Source: Candidatus Moraniibacteriota bacterium (GTDB taxonomy: Bacteria > Patescibacteriota > Minisyncoccia > Moranbacterales > JAPLXC01). From it: 64,000 nucleotides of DNA. The notes beneath the pieces are model-generated. The model ran no database searches, was not told where the DNA came from, and was given only the letters and a program-made list of their open reading frames with translations. Below, piece after piece: positions 19,948-28,377 of the stretch (its first letter is position 1; the number at the start of each line of letters is the position of its first letter). The stretch covers positions 1,193 through 65,192 of the forward strand of contig JAPLXC010000004.1 in assembly GCA_026396275.1 (NCBI GenBank). Reading direction: 5' to 3'. The translations under genes were made by a program, and so were the position numbers.

Positions 19948-20436
19948 ATGAAATCGACTATCTCTATCATCGCAGCTATTGCCGAAAAAAATCGGGCTAT
20001 CGGCAAAGATAATAAATTGCTTTGGCATATTCCGGAAGACCTAAGACGTTTTAAAAATCTCACCACTGGACACGCAATAATAATGGGGCAAAAAACTTTT
20101 GAGTCGCTTGGAAAACCTCTGCCAAACCGCACCAATATTGTTATTTCGAACAATCCCGATTTTAATCCCCAAAATGTTATTGTGACAAGATCAATTGAAG
20201 AATCTCTGAAAAAAGCTAGGGAAATAGAGAAAGAAGAAATATTTATTTGTGGCGGAGGATTAATTTACCGACAATTTCTACTACTGGCTGACAAATTGTA
20301 TTTAACTATTATTGAAGGAAACTTTGAAGCTGATACTTTTTTTCCAGATTATTCGGAGTTTAGTAAAATTGTTAAAGAAGAAAAAAGTTCAGATGAGAAA
20401 TATAATTATAAATTTGTGGAGTTAGTCAGAGAATAA
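19948..20436 (+). CDS. folA: Dihydrofolate reductase
   Basis: IGKDNKLLW.IPEDL..FK, PLPNR.NIV, GGG.IY, DTFFP. Confidence 0.95.
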   Translation: MKSTISIIAAIAEKNRAIGKDNKLLWHIPEDLRRFKNLTTGHAIIMGQKTFESLGKPLPNRTNIVISNNPDFNPQNVIVTRSIEESLKKAREIEKEEIFICGGGLIYRQFLLLADKLYLTIIEGNFEADTFFPDYSEFSKIVKEEKSSDEKYNYKFVELVRE

Positions 20437-20440
20437 AAAT

Positions 20441-21055
20441 ATGAAAAAAAACAAGAAACGGAGATTGTTCATTGTCTTTGAAGGACTTGATGGTTCCGGC
20501 CAGACAACGCAAATAAACTTATTAGAAAAATATCTAAAATTAAAAGGAAAAAAAGTGCATATGACAGCTGAACCATCAAGCAGTTTAATTGGCGGATTAA
20601 TTCGGGCAGTTTTGACGCATCATTGGAAATTGAGCAACACCGGATTACAGCTTCTCTATTGCGCTGACAGGGCGCATCATCTTGAAACAGAAGTGTACCC
20701 GGCGCTTGCGAAAGGAAATATCGTGTTATCAAGCCGCTACTTTTTTTCAACCATCGCCTTTGGCTCTTTGAATAATGACACTAGATGGCTGGAAAAAATC
20801 AATGAAAAATTTCCAAAACCTGATGTCACTTTTTTCATCAATGTTTCTCCAAAAGAGTGCATTAAAAGATTAGATCTTTCAAGATTCAGAAAAGAAATTT
20901 TTGAAAAGGAGGAAAAAATGGGAAAGGTCTTAAGAACCTATATTAAAATAGGTAAAAACAAAAAATATAAAAATTTCTTTACTATCAACGGGGAACAGCC
21001 CGTCGAAAAAATTTCACAGGATGTAATTAAAATTATTGACAAATTTATTAGATAA
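20441..21055 (+). CDS. tmk: Thymidylate kinase
   Basis: FEGLDGSGQTTQ, AEP, LLYCADR..H, PKPD. Confidence 0.88.
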   Translation: MKKNKKRRLFIVFEGLDGSGQTTQINLLEKYLKLKGKKVHMTAEPSSSLIGGLIRAVLTHHWKLSNTGLQLLYCADRAHHLETEVYPALAKGNIVLSSRYFFSTIAFGSLNNDTRWLEKINEKFPKPDVTFFINVSPKECIKRLDLSRFRKEIFEKEEKMGKVLRTYIKIGKNKKYKNFFTINGEQPVEKISQDVIKIIDKFIR

Positions 21056-21129
21056 TATTACACTAAAAAGCCGATAATTTTGTAAGGAAGAAATAAAAGC
21101 TTTTTGAAAATTTAAGGAGGTGGGAGAAG

Positions 21130-21852
21130 ATGATTTTTGAAGATAGTAATACTGTTATGGTTAATGGCCGGATTGATGATGGTTACAGAGAAGCAATGCT
21201 TCTTTGCGTGAGAAATGGCTGGGATTTTGTAGTAAAAGGCGGGAGTTATGTCGGGCAAATTAGAAAACAGTTGGAAAATGTCCAGATAATAATAGGGGAT
21301 CCGAGTAAAAGACCGCTGGCTCCAGTTTTGCCGCCTGGAATTCCCGCCAGTACCAGTGATGAAAAAATAGATAAATATTTTGCCGAATATCTGATGAGCA
21401 CCGAGGTCAAAGAAAATGAGGAATATACCTATGGCACCTACATTGTTCCACAAGTTCCGAAAATAATCGAAATATTGAATAAGGCAAAAGGAAACACTAA
21501 TCAGGCCTGCATAAGCATCGGGGATATTAATTCAATTAATCTTCCTGATCCACCCTGTTTAAAGCTTATAAGCTTTAAGGTTGTAAAAGGAAAATTGATT
21601 ATGACAGTTTTTTTTAGATCTTGGGACTTATATGCAGGTCTGCCAGAAAATCTGGGAGGGCTGCAACTACTCAAAGAATTTGTTTTTGCTCATCTCGATT
21701 TTGAGTGCTCTGACGGGAAAATGATTGCTTATAGCGACGGGCTTCACCTCTATGAACAGTACTTTGATTTAGTAAATGTTCTGAATGTGGATAAAGTTGT
21801 TATTAGCAAAATAGCGGCAAAAGATAAGGAGGAATTTTCAAAAACTCTTTAG
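21130..21852 (+). CDS. Second, divergent (archaeal-like) thymidylate synthase-fold protein
   Basis: YTYG, DPPCL, FRSWD..AGLPEN, GLHLY; own promoter (21036-21064) and SD. Confidence 0.8.
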   Translation: MIFEDSNTVMVNGRIDDGYREAMLLCVRNGWDFVVKGGSYVGQIRKQLENVQIIIGDPSKRPLAPVLPPGIPASTSDEKIDKYFAEYLMSTEVKENEEYTYGTYIVPQVPKIIEILNKAKGNTNQACISIGDINSINLPDPPCLKLISFKVVKGKLIMTVFFRSWDLYAGLPENLGGLQLLKEFVFAHLDFECSDGKMIAYSDGLHLYEQYFDLVNVLNVDKVVISKIAAKDKEEFSKTL

Positions 21853-21934
21853 TTGCAAAAAGGTCGACATCCGTCGGCCTTTATTTTTTTGACCAGTATG
21901 ATAAGATAAAATTGATTTGAAGACAAGCCATTTT

Positions 21935-22474
21935 ATGAAAAGGAGAAATATCGAAGTTGAAATTAGGAGTTTTATTTCCAAAGAGGAATATGATGAATTA
22001 CTGAAATTTTTTGAAGAGAGAGGAAAGCTAATTAGCAAAGACAAGCAGGAAACTTATTATTTTAAAGGACTGTGGGATCTGCGGATCCAAAAGAATAATT
22101 TTTATTCAAAGATCTGGTTCAAGAAAGGAAAAATTCATGACGACTTCCGGGAAGAAATTGAAATAAAATTTGATAGCGGTGATTTTAATGAATTAAAAAA
22201 ATTGTTTGATGCTCTTGGTTATAAGGTCGATATAAAATGGCTGCGAACTAGACATACTTTCAGATGGCAGGGAATTACAGTAACAGTTGATTTTACCAAA
22301 GGATACGGCTATATTATTGAGCTGGAAAAAATGACAAGGAGAATAGAAAAGGAAAAAGTAGTCAAGCTACTAAAAGGAAAGTTAAAAATGCTTAGCATTC
22401 GAGAAACGCCGCGGGAGGTGTTTGAGAAAAAATTTCAGTTTTATAAGAAGAATTGGGAAAAACTAGCCAAATGA
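21935..22474 (+). CDS. CYTH-domain (CyaB/triphosphate tunnel) protein
   Basis: EVEIR (ExExK/R), LRI, REEIEI, IELE. Confidence 0.8.
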   Translation: MKRRNIEVEIRSFISKEEYDELLKFFEERGKLISKDKQETYYFKGLWDLRIQKNNFYSKIWFKKGKIHDDFREEIEIKFDSGDFNELKKLFDALGYKVDIKWLRTRHTFRWQGITVTVDFTKGYGYIIELEKMTRRIEKEKVVKLLKGKLKMLSIRETPREVFEKKFQFYKKNWEKLAK

Positions 22475-22896
22475 AAATTTTTGTCAAAAAACTTGAGCCC
22501 GAGGCAAAGATTCCTTCCTACGCCCATCCCGGAGACGCCGGAATGGATTTGTATTCTCTGGAAAACGTGAATATAAAACCAGGAGAAAGAGTTTCTTGCC
22601 GAACCGGAATTGCGATACAAATCCCGGGTGGCTATGCCGGGCTCATTTGGGACAAAAGCGGAATTGCTTGGAATGGTGGAATTAAAACAGTAGCAGGAGT
22701 AATTGACAGTGGTTATCGGGGTGAAGTCGGAATTGTTCTTGTTAATTTAGGTCATAAAGATTATAAAATAAACAAAGGCGACAAGATTGCCCAAATGCTT
22801 ATACAGAAAGTTGAGGATCCGGAAATTATTGAAGCAGAGAACCTAGAAGAAAGTGCCAGGGGCAACGGAAGATTTGGAAGCACAGGAGTAAGCTGA
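22471..22896 (+). CDS. dut: dUTP diphosphatase
   Basis: DAGMDL, DKSG, GVIDSGYRGE, IAQ, RG.GRFGSTG. Confidence 0.95.
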   Translation: MKIFVKKLEPEAKIPSYAHPGDAGMDLYSLENVNIKPGERVSCRTGIAIQIPGGYAGLIWDKSGIAWNGGIKTVAGVIDSGYRGEVGIVLVNLGHKDYKINKGDKIAQMLIQKVEDPEIIEAENLEESARGNGRFGSTGVS

Positions 22897-22902
22897 AATA
22901 AT

Positions 22903-22992
22903 ATGAAATACATATCAGTAATAGGAATGGAAGTCCACCCTGTAAAGTCACGAGGCATGACCACGGGGCAAGTATTGAACTTATATGAGTAA
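22903..22992 (+). pseudogene. Relic gatB 5' end broken by a 35 nt insertion
   Basis: MKYISVIGMEVH-[35 nt]-IEL, matching GatB start KYKATIGMEVHVEL directly downstream. Confidence 0.8.
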
Positions 22993-24490
22993 ATACAAAG
23001 CCACAATTGGCATGGAGGTTCATGTCGAGCTCAAAACAAAGAGCAAGATGTTTTGTGATTCTAAAAACGCGATGGGAGAGGAAAAAAAGCCCAACGTTCA
23101 TATCTGCCCGGTTTGCACGGGCCAGCCCGGCACTCTTCCGGTTCCCAATCGCCAGGCAATAGAATTTGTGCAGCTGGCCGGGTTAGCATTGAATTGCGAA
23201 ATTGCAAAAGAATCCAAATTTGACCGCAAAAATTATTTTTATCCCGATCTTCCCAAGGGCTACCAAATTTCACAGTACGATCAGCCGTTATGTAGAAGTG
23301 GAAAATTAGAAATGGGGAGCGGGAAGATTATCGGAATTACGAGGATTCACTTAGAAGAAGATACGGGAAAATTAATACACCCCGTAAAATCGCTTCGCGA
23401 TAACGGGGCAAGCCCCGCCGGGGCAGGTTATACTTTAGTAGATTTTAACCGGGCTGGAGTGCCACTTATGGAACTAGTGACGGAACCGGATATTGAATCC
23501 GGAGCCGAGGCGCGATTATTTTGTCAAAAACTCCAGCAAATTTGCCGCTATCTTGAAATTTCCGAAGCCGATATGGAAAAAGGGCACATGCGCTGCGAAG
23601 CTAACATCTCGCTATACAAAGAAGGCGAAAATAAGCTAAGTGGAGTTAAAGTGGAAGTAAAAAATATCAACTCTTTCAAGTTTGTTGAGAAAGCTATTGA
23701 TTATGAAATTAAAAGACAAACTGAAATTTTAGAGAAAGGTGAAAAAGTAATTCAGGAAACTAGAGGCTATGACAGCAACAAAAATATTACTGTATCCCAG
23801 CGAACCAAAGAATCAGCTCATGATTACCGCTACTTTCCCGAACCAGATATTCCGCCACTGAAGTTTACTGAAGATTATATTAATAACTTGCGCGCTAAAC
23901 TCCCGGAACTTCCCGATGCCAAAAAGAAAAGATTAATCGCGGAATATAATTTATCTTCGGAAAATGTTGAGGTAATAGTCAGCGATAAGGGTTTGGCGGA
24001 TTACTTTGAACAGGTAGTTTCAGAAATTAAAGAAAAAAGGGAAAGCAGTGAAGTATGTGCGGATGAAAATAAATGCGTTAAACTTTCGGCCAACTATATC
24101 GTCAGCGAACTGCAAAAGCATCTGATTCGCGACGGGGTGACGGTTAGGGACATAAAAATCACTCCGGAAAACTACGCGGAACTTGTAGGTTTTATCGCGG
24201 ATGGGAAGATAAGTTCCAGTGCTGCCCAGACAGTCCTTGAAGAAATGTACAAAACCGGCGGAGATCCATCACAGATAATCAAGGCCAAAAACTTGGCCCA
24301 AGTCAGCGATGAAAGTGAGTTAGACAAAACTATCCAACAGGTGCTTGACAAAAATACTCAATCAATGGAGGATTATAAAAAGGGGAAAGCCAATGCGTTG
24401 CAGTTTTTGATAGGCCAAGTAATGGCAAAAACCGGCGGCCGGGCTAATCCCAAAATGGTGGCAAAAATACTAAAAATTAAATTGAACTAA
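22985..24490 (+). CDS. gatB: Asp/Glu-tRNA amidotransferase subunit B
   Basis: GMEVH, FDRKNYFYPDLPKGYQISQ, DFNRAG.PL.E, DYRYFPEPD. Confidence 0.97.
   Translation: MSKYKATIGMEVHVELKTKSKMFCDSKNAMGEEKKPNVHICPVCTGQPGTLPVPNRQAIEFVQLAGLALNCEIAKESKFDRKNYFYPDLPKGYQISQYDQPLCRSGKLEMGSGKIIGITRIHLEEDTGKLIHPVKSLRDNGASPAGAGYTLVDFNRAGVPLMELVTEPDIESGAEARLFCQKLQQICRYLEISEADMEKGHMRCEANISLYKEGENKLSGVKVEVKNINSFKFVEKAIDYEIKRQTEILEKGEKVIQETRGYDSNKNITVSQRTKESAHDYRYFPEPDIPPLKFTEDYINNLRAKLPELPDAKKKRLIAEYNLSSENVEVIVSDKGLADYFEQVVSEIKEKRESSEVCADENKCVKLSANYIVSELQKHLIRDGVTVRDIKITPENYAELVGFIADGKISSSAAQTVLEEMYKTGGDPSQIIKAKNLAQVSDESELDKTIQQVLDKNTQSMEDYKKGKANALQFLIGQVMAKTGGRANPKMVAKILKIKLN
23381..23413 (+). mobile_element. 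33 nt CCCG...CGGGGCAAGC element in frame in gatB
   Basis: cac|cccgtaaaatcgcttcgcgataacggggcaagc|cccgcc; adds PVKSLRDNGAS. Confidence 0.75.
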
Positions 24491-24494
24491 AAAT

Positions 24495-24842
24495 ATGCCA
24501 AATCGAGAAATTATAACGCCAGAGGCGTCAGAGATAGACAAGAAAAAACCTCGTGTTGAAAGCGAGAACATTGGTCGATTGGCCAAGGCGATTTATTGCA
24601 TGATAGAAGATTCTGTGGCAATTTTAAGAGAAAAGGGCAATGAGGAAACGCTACTTAAAGAAATAAAAGAGAAAATAGATAATTCAGACATAGTAGTTAC
24701 TTTTTTGACTTTCCAGGAAATAAGAGATTATATAGAGGATATGAAAAACAAAGACTTAAGGAACAAAGACAAAGAAATCAAATATGAATATTTTTCCGGC
24801 ATCTTGGATAAAGTGGAAAAGATGTATAATCCTAGCAACTAA
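24495..24842 (+). CDS. Hypothetical protein
   Basis: 115 aa ORF 4 nt after gatB, charged helical composition. Confidence 0.55.
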   Translation: MPNREIITPEASEIDKKKPRVESENIGRLAKAIYCMIEDSVAILREKGNEETLLKEIKEKIDNSDIVVTFLTFQEIRDYIEDMKNKDLRNKDKEIKYEYFSGILDKVEKMYNPSN

Positions 24843-24878
24843 GTTTGGCATTAGATTACGTAATAAAAGGAGGTGAAA

Positions 24879-25037
24879 ATGGCAGGGCCATTATTGACAG
24901 AAAAGCAATTAAGGCAAAACAAAAAATGTGTCTGTAGGAGATGCAGTCATTGCCACTCAAAGATATGCAAAGGTTGTGAAAATCCTGAAGTAAGTAAGAA
25001 AAATTGCAACGATAATTGCAATGTATACTTAAAGTAA
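24879..25037 (+). CDS. 52 aa Cys-rich small protein (not in ORF track)
   Basis: AAGGAGGTG SD, MAGPLLTEKQLRQNKKCVCRRCSHCHSKICKGCENPEVSKKNCNDNCNVYLK, hairpin at 25044-25067. Confidence 0.6.
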   Translation: MAGPLLTEKQLRQNKKCVCRRCSHCHSKICKGCENPEVSKKNCNDNCNVYLK

Positions 25038-25075
25038 AAAAATAGGTCTCGATATTAATCGAGACCTTAAAAATT

Positions 25076-26002
25076 TTATTTTAAGAATTTTTCACTTGCT
25101 TCCTTAATTTTCTTATAACTTTCTAGCCATTCAACTCTTTTGTCTTTCCTGAACCATGTCATTTGCCGTCTGGCGTAGTTTTTAATTTCTTGATAAAGTT
25201 TTTCTTTCATTTCCTGAAGTCCTATTTTCTTTTGCAGATACAGCGCAATCCAGTGATATTCAAGGCCGAAACTTTCCAGCCGTTTCCATCTTACGCCATA
25301 TTTAAAATGCAAATCTTTTACTTCCTTTATCATTCCCTGATAGAATCTTTTTTCTAACCGAACTTTGATATTTTTGTGCAATTTTTCTTTTGGCAGTTTT
25401 ATTCCAATCTGAAGAAATTGGAAATTGGAAATTGGAAATTGGAAATTTGGTTTTGGGACATATCCCAAAACTTTGGCTATCTCAATTGCCCTAATCAACC
25501 TCACTTTATTATTTTTGTCAATATTTTTCGCTCTTTCGAAATCTAATTTTTGAAGCATTTTAAATAATGTTTCCGCGGACCTGTTGCGTAACTTGTTACG
25601 TAACTCTTTATTGGGCGCAACGGCGGGGAACTGGACATTATCCATAATGGCTTTGATCCAAAATCCTGTCCCGCCGCAAATAATAGGCAATTTACCGCGT
25701 TTTAAAAGAGCAGGGATAATTTTGTCAACTGCTTTTTTAAATTTTGCTACATTATATTCAGTTTTTGGGCTAACAATATCTATCATGTAGTGGGTAATTC
25801 CTTCGGATATAAATGTTTTATGCTTCATGTTGCATGTTCCATGAATCTTGCCTGTTCCTATGTCCATATGACGATATACTTGCCGGCTGTCAGCTGAAAT
25901 CACCTCGCCGCCGAATTTTTTGGCAAGTTTAATCGCAACGTCAGACTTGCCGCTGGAAGTTGGCCCCAATATTACAATAATTTTACCACTCGAATTTTTC
26001 AT
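25076..26002 (-). CDS. miaA: tRNA dimethylallyltransferase
   Basis: GPTSSGKS, SADSRQVY..MDIGTGK, GGTGFW, YARRQMTWF; start moved to 26002. Confidence 0.95.
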   Translation of the reverse strand: MKNSSGKIIVILGPTSSGKSDVAIKLAKKFGGEVISADSRQVYRHMDIGTGKIHGTCNMKHKTFISEGITHYMIDIVSPKTEYNVAKFKKAVDKIIPALLKRGKLPIICGGTGFWIKAIMDNVQFPAVAPNKELRNKLRNRSAETLFKMLQKLDFERAKNIDKNNKVRLIRAIEIAKVLGYVPKPNFQFPISNFQFLQIGIKLPKEKLHKNIKVRLEKRFYQGMIKEVKDLHFKYGVRWKRLESFGLEYHWIALYLQKKIGLQEMKEKLYQEIKNYARRQMTWFRKDKRVEWLESYKKIKEASEKFLK

Positions 26003-26012
26003 ACTAAATGAA

Positions 26013-26048
26013 ATATGCAAATCCTTGCATATGCAAGGATTTGCATAT
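26013..26048. repeat. Perfect 36 bp palindrome
   Basis: atatgcaaatccttgcat|atgcaaggatttgcatat. Confidence 0.85.
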
Positions 26049-26066
26049 GGACGCTAAGGGGGCGTA

Positions 26067-27440
26067 TTATGATAAAATTCCCTCTAAATTCCAAATGTTA
26101 GCTTTAATAATTTTAATTTTGACAAATTTGCCAACGAGATTTTTTTGAGCGCTTTTAAATTTTACATTCTTCATTGTTCTGGTTCTGCCGAAATAAAATC
26201 CATCTTTTTGGCTGTCTATTATGACTTTAAATATTTTTCCCAAATAATTTTTATTATTCTCAAATGCCGTAATTTTCAGAATTTCATTCAAAAATTTTTC
26301 CCGCCTTTCTTTTTCTTTTTTGGAAACATTATCTTTCATCTTCCAAGCGGCGGTTCCCGGGCGGGGAGAAAATTGGCCAAAGTAAACCATATCATATTTG
26401 ACTTTTCTCATAATTTCAGCGGATTTGGCAAATTGTTTTCTGGTTTCCCCGGGAAAACCAACAATTATGTCAGAGGTTATCGCATATAAAACTCCCGGCT
26501 TGTATTTAGTAAACGCGGATTTAATTTTTTTAATCAGTCCCGGATAATGTCTGGCCGTATAGTTTCTGTTCATTCTTCTTAGTATTTCGTCGTCTCCGGC
26601 CTGGATGGGAAGATGCACATATTCACAAACTTTTTCGCATTTAGCAATTGTCTTAATCAATTCATCTGACATATCTTTCGGGTGGCTGGTTAGAAAATGA
26701 ATCCAGAAATTGCCGGAGATAGCATTTATTTTTTTAAGAAGCTTGGAAAAGTTTATTTTTCTATAATTATAAGAATTCGCGTTTTGTCCAAGTAAAATAA
26801 TTTCTTTATATCCCTTTTTCACTAAAACTCTGACTTCCTTAATAATTTCCTTTGCCGGACGGGAAATTTCCCTCCCTCGGGCATAGGGGACAACGCAATA
26901 AGAGCAAAAGTTGTTGCAGCCGGTCATGATCGGCACGAAGGCAGAATATTTTGTGTTGTATTTTGGCTCAATGTTTAGGTAATTGTCATTGCGAGGGAGC
27001 CCGTCAAAGGCGGATAAACTCCGCGACCGTGGTAATCCTGTAGATTTATCATCATTTAAATTATCTAGAGATTGCTTCCACCGCCAAGGTGAGGTCGCAA
27101 TGACAGACAAAATTTTTTCCGGGAATTCTTTTATTCCACAAAACAAATCAACTTTATCTTTTAACCTTCTCTGCACATCTTTTCTATTTGCCAAGCACCC
27201 GGTTAAAACAATAATCTTTTTTGTTCTATGTTTTGTGTTCCATGTTGTAAGATTATGTATTTGTCCATAAACCCGATCCTCTGCGCTTTGGCGCACGCCG
27301 CAGGTGTTGAAAATCACCAGATTGGCCTCATTGATATTTTTCCCTGGCTTAAATTTATGCAATTCCAAAAATGCCGCAATTCGTTCAGAATCGCTATAAT
27401 TCATCTGACAACCAAAGGTTTTAATAAAATATTTTTTCAT
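26067..27440 (-). CDS. miaB: tRNA methylthiotransferase MiaB
   Basis: TFGCQMN, NTC, GC, CNNFCSYC radical-SAM motif, TRAM C-terminus. Confidence 0.93.
   Translation of the reverse strand: MKKYFIKTFGCQMNYSDSERIAAFLELHKFKPGKNINEANLVIFNTCGVRQSAEDRVYGQIHNLTTWNTKHRTKKIIVLTGCLANRKDVQRRLKDKVDLFCGIKEFPEKILSVIATSPWRWKQSLDNLNDDKSTGLPRSRSLSAFDGLPRNDNYLNIEPKYNTKYSAFVPIMTGCNNFCSYCVVPYARGREISRPAKEIIKEVRVLVKKGYKEIILLGQNANSYNYRKINFSKLLKKINAISGNFWIHFLTSHPKDMSDELIKTIAKCEKVCEYVHLPIQAGDDEILRRMNRNYTARHYPGLIKKIKSAFTKYKPGVLYAITSDIIVGFPGETRKQFAKSAEIMRKVKYDMVYFGQFSPRPGTAAWKMKDNVSKKEKERREKFLNEILKITAFENNKNYLGKIFKVIIDSQKDGFYFGRTRTMKNVKFKSAQKNLVGKFVKIKIIKANIWNLEGILS
26984..27105. repeat. GTCATTGCGA-family element in frame in miaB
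   Basis: tgtcattgcga...tcgcaatgaca inverted ends. Confidence 0.85.
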
Positions 27441-27450
27441 TCAATTTATA

Positions 27451-27517
27451 TGTCATTCCGGACTCCAATCCGGAATCTAGTTAATTTTACTGGATTCCCG
27501 CCTGCGCGAGAATGACA
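27451..27517. repeat. GTCATTCC-family palindromic element
   Basis: tgtcattccgg...gaatgaca. Confidence 0.8.
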
Positions 27518-27630
27518 GTTAAAATTGCTTGACAGCTAAAGGTTTTGATGAAATACTTCATGGAAGTTTCTTTAACAAACAAGTATTCATTAGGATACTT
27601 AATAATAAAACTAAAATCAAGGGAGGATAA

Positions 27631-27897
27631 ATGAAGCCGGGAGTTTTAGAACGTAAGATAAGAAAGATAGTAGAATATTCAAGAGACAAACAGCCGATGT
27701 TAAGAATCATCAAAAATAATGGTGAATCAAAATTCGGCGAATATATTCAATTAGGAATCATTGAAGGCGGCGGAAGAGCTCTCTTTACCAGAGATTCGGG
27801 GATCAGCGTTTATCCCTTGCGTGAGATTTCTGGCGTAGAATATATTTCAAAAAGTATAGCATGTTATGCATTAAACCGATCGCTGATTTTTAATTAA
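27631..27897 (+). CDS. Small hypothetical protein, possible Sm/SH3-like fold
   Basis: SD GGGAGG, boxA-like GTTTCTTTAACAA at 27566, TTGACA at 27529. Confidence 0.6.
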   Translation: MKPGVLERKIRKIVEYSRDKQPMLRIIKNNGESKFGEYIQLGIIEGGGRALFTRDSGISVYPLREISGVEYISKSIACYALNRSLIFN

Positions 27898-27928
27898 AAG
27901 TTTCAGTGAAAATCAAAGGAGGAGGAAA

Positions 27929-28210
27929 ATGGAGAAAAAACAAATGCAAAAAGAAATAAAAGAAATTATTAAAAGAAATGGTGCTTTTCCTGCCCTAGTT
28001 GTTTTGACTAAGAAAGGTCTTTTGATTCTTGGTGAGCTTCAAGCATTATACTCAGACAGATTGGCGCTAAGAAAGTTTAATACGCCTCCAGAACAAGCAG
28101 AAGGTTGGACATTTATAACGCATTCAGCTGTTGAAAAAATAAAACATGTGCCGCAGATTGAATTGATTAATATGATCAACAATCTTGAATCTTGCTGTCT
28201 TGTTTGGTAA
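27929..28210 (+). CDS. Small hypothetical protein, possible Sm/Hfq-like fold
   Basis: SD AGGAGG; helix + five short beta-strand pattern; terminator near 28238-28281. Confidence 0.6.
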   Translation: MEKKQMQKEIKEIIKRNGAFPALVVLTKKGLLILGELQALYSDRLALRKFNTPPEQAEGWTFITHSAVEKIKHVPQIELINMINNLESCCLVW

Positions 28211-28377
28211 AATATGCGCCATTTAAATGTACGCAGAAAGTAAAAATAAGCCGACGGAAAATCCGCTCAGCTTTCTTTTTTGTCCAAATTTCTGATAAGT
28301 AACTATTCGCGCGAATAGTTACCAGTACTTTATTCGATGTTACACTTAACGTCGGCCGACAGTATGTGTAGTAAGAG

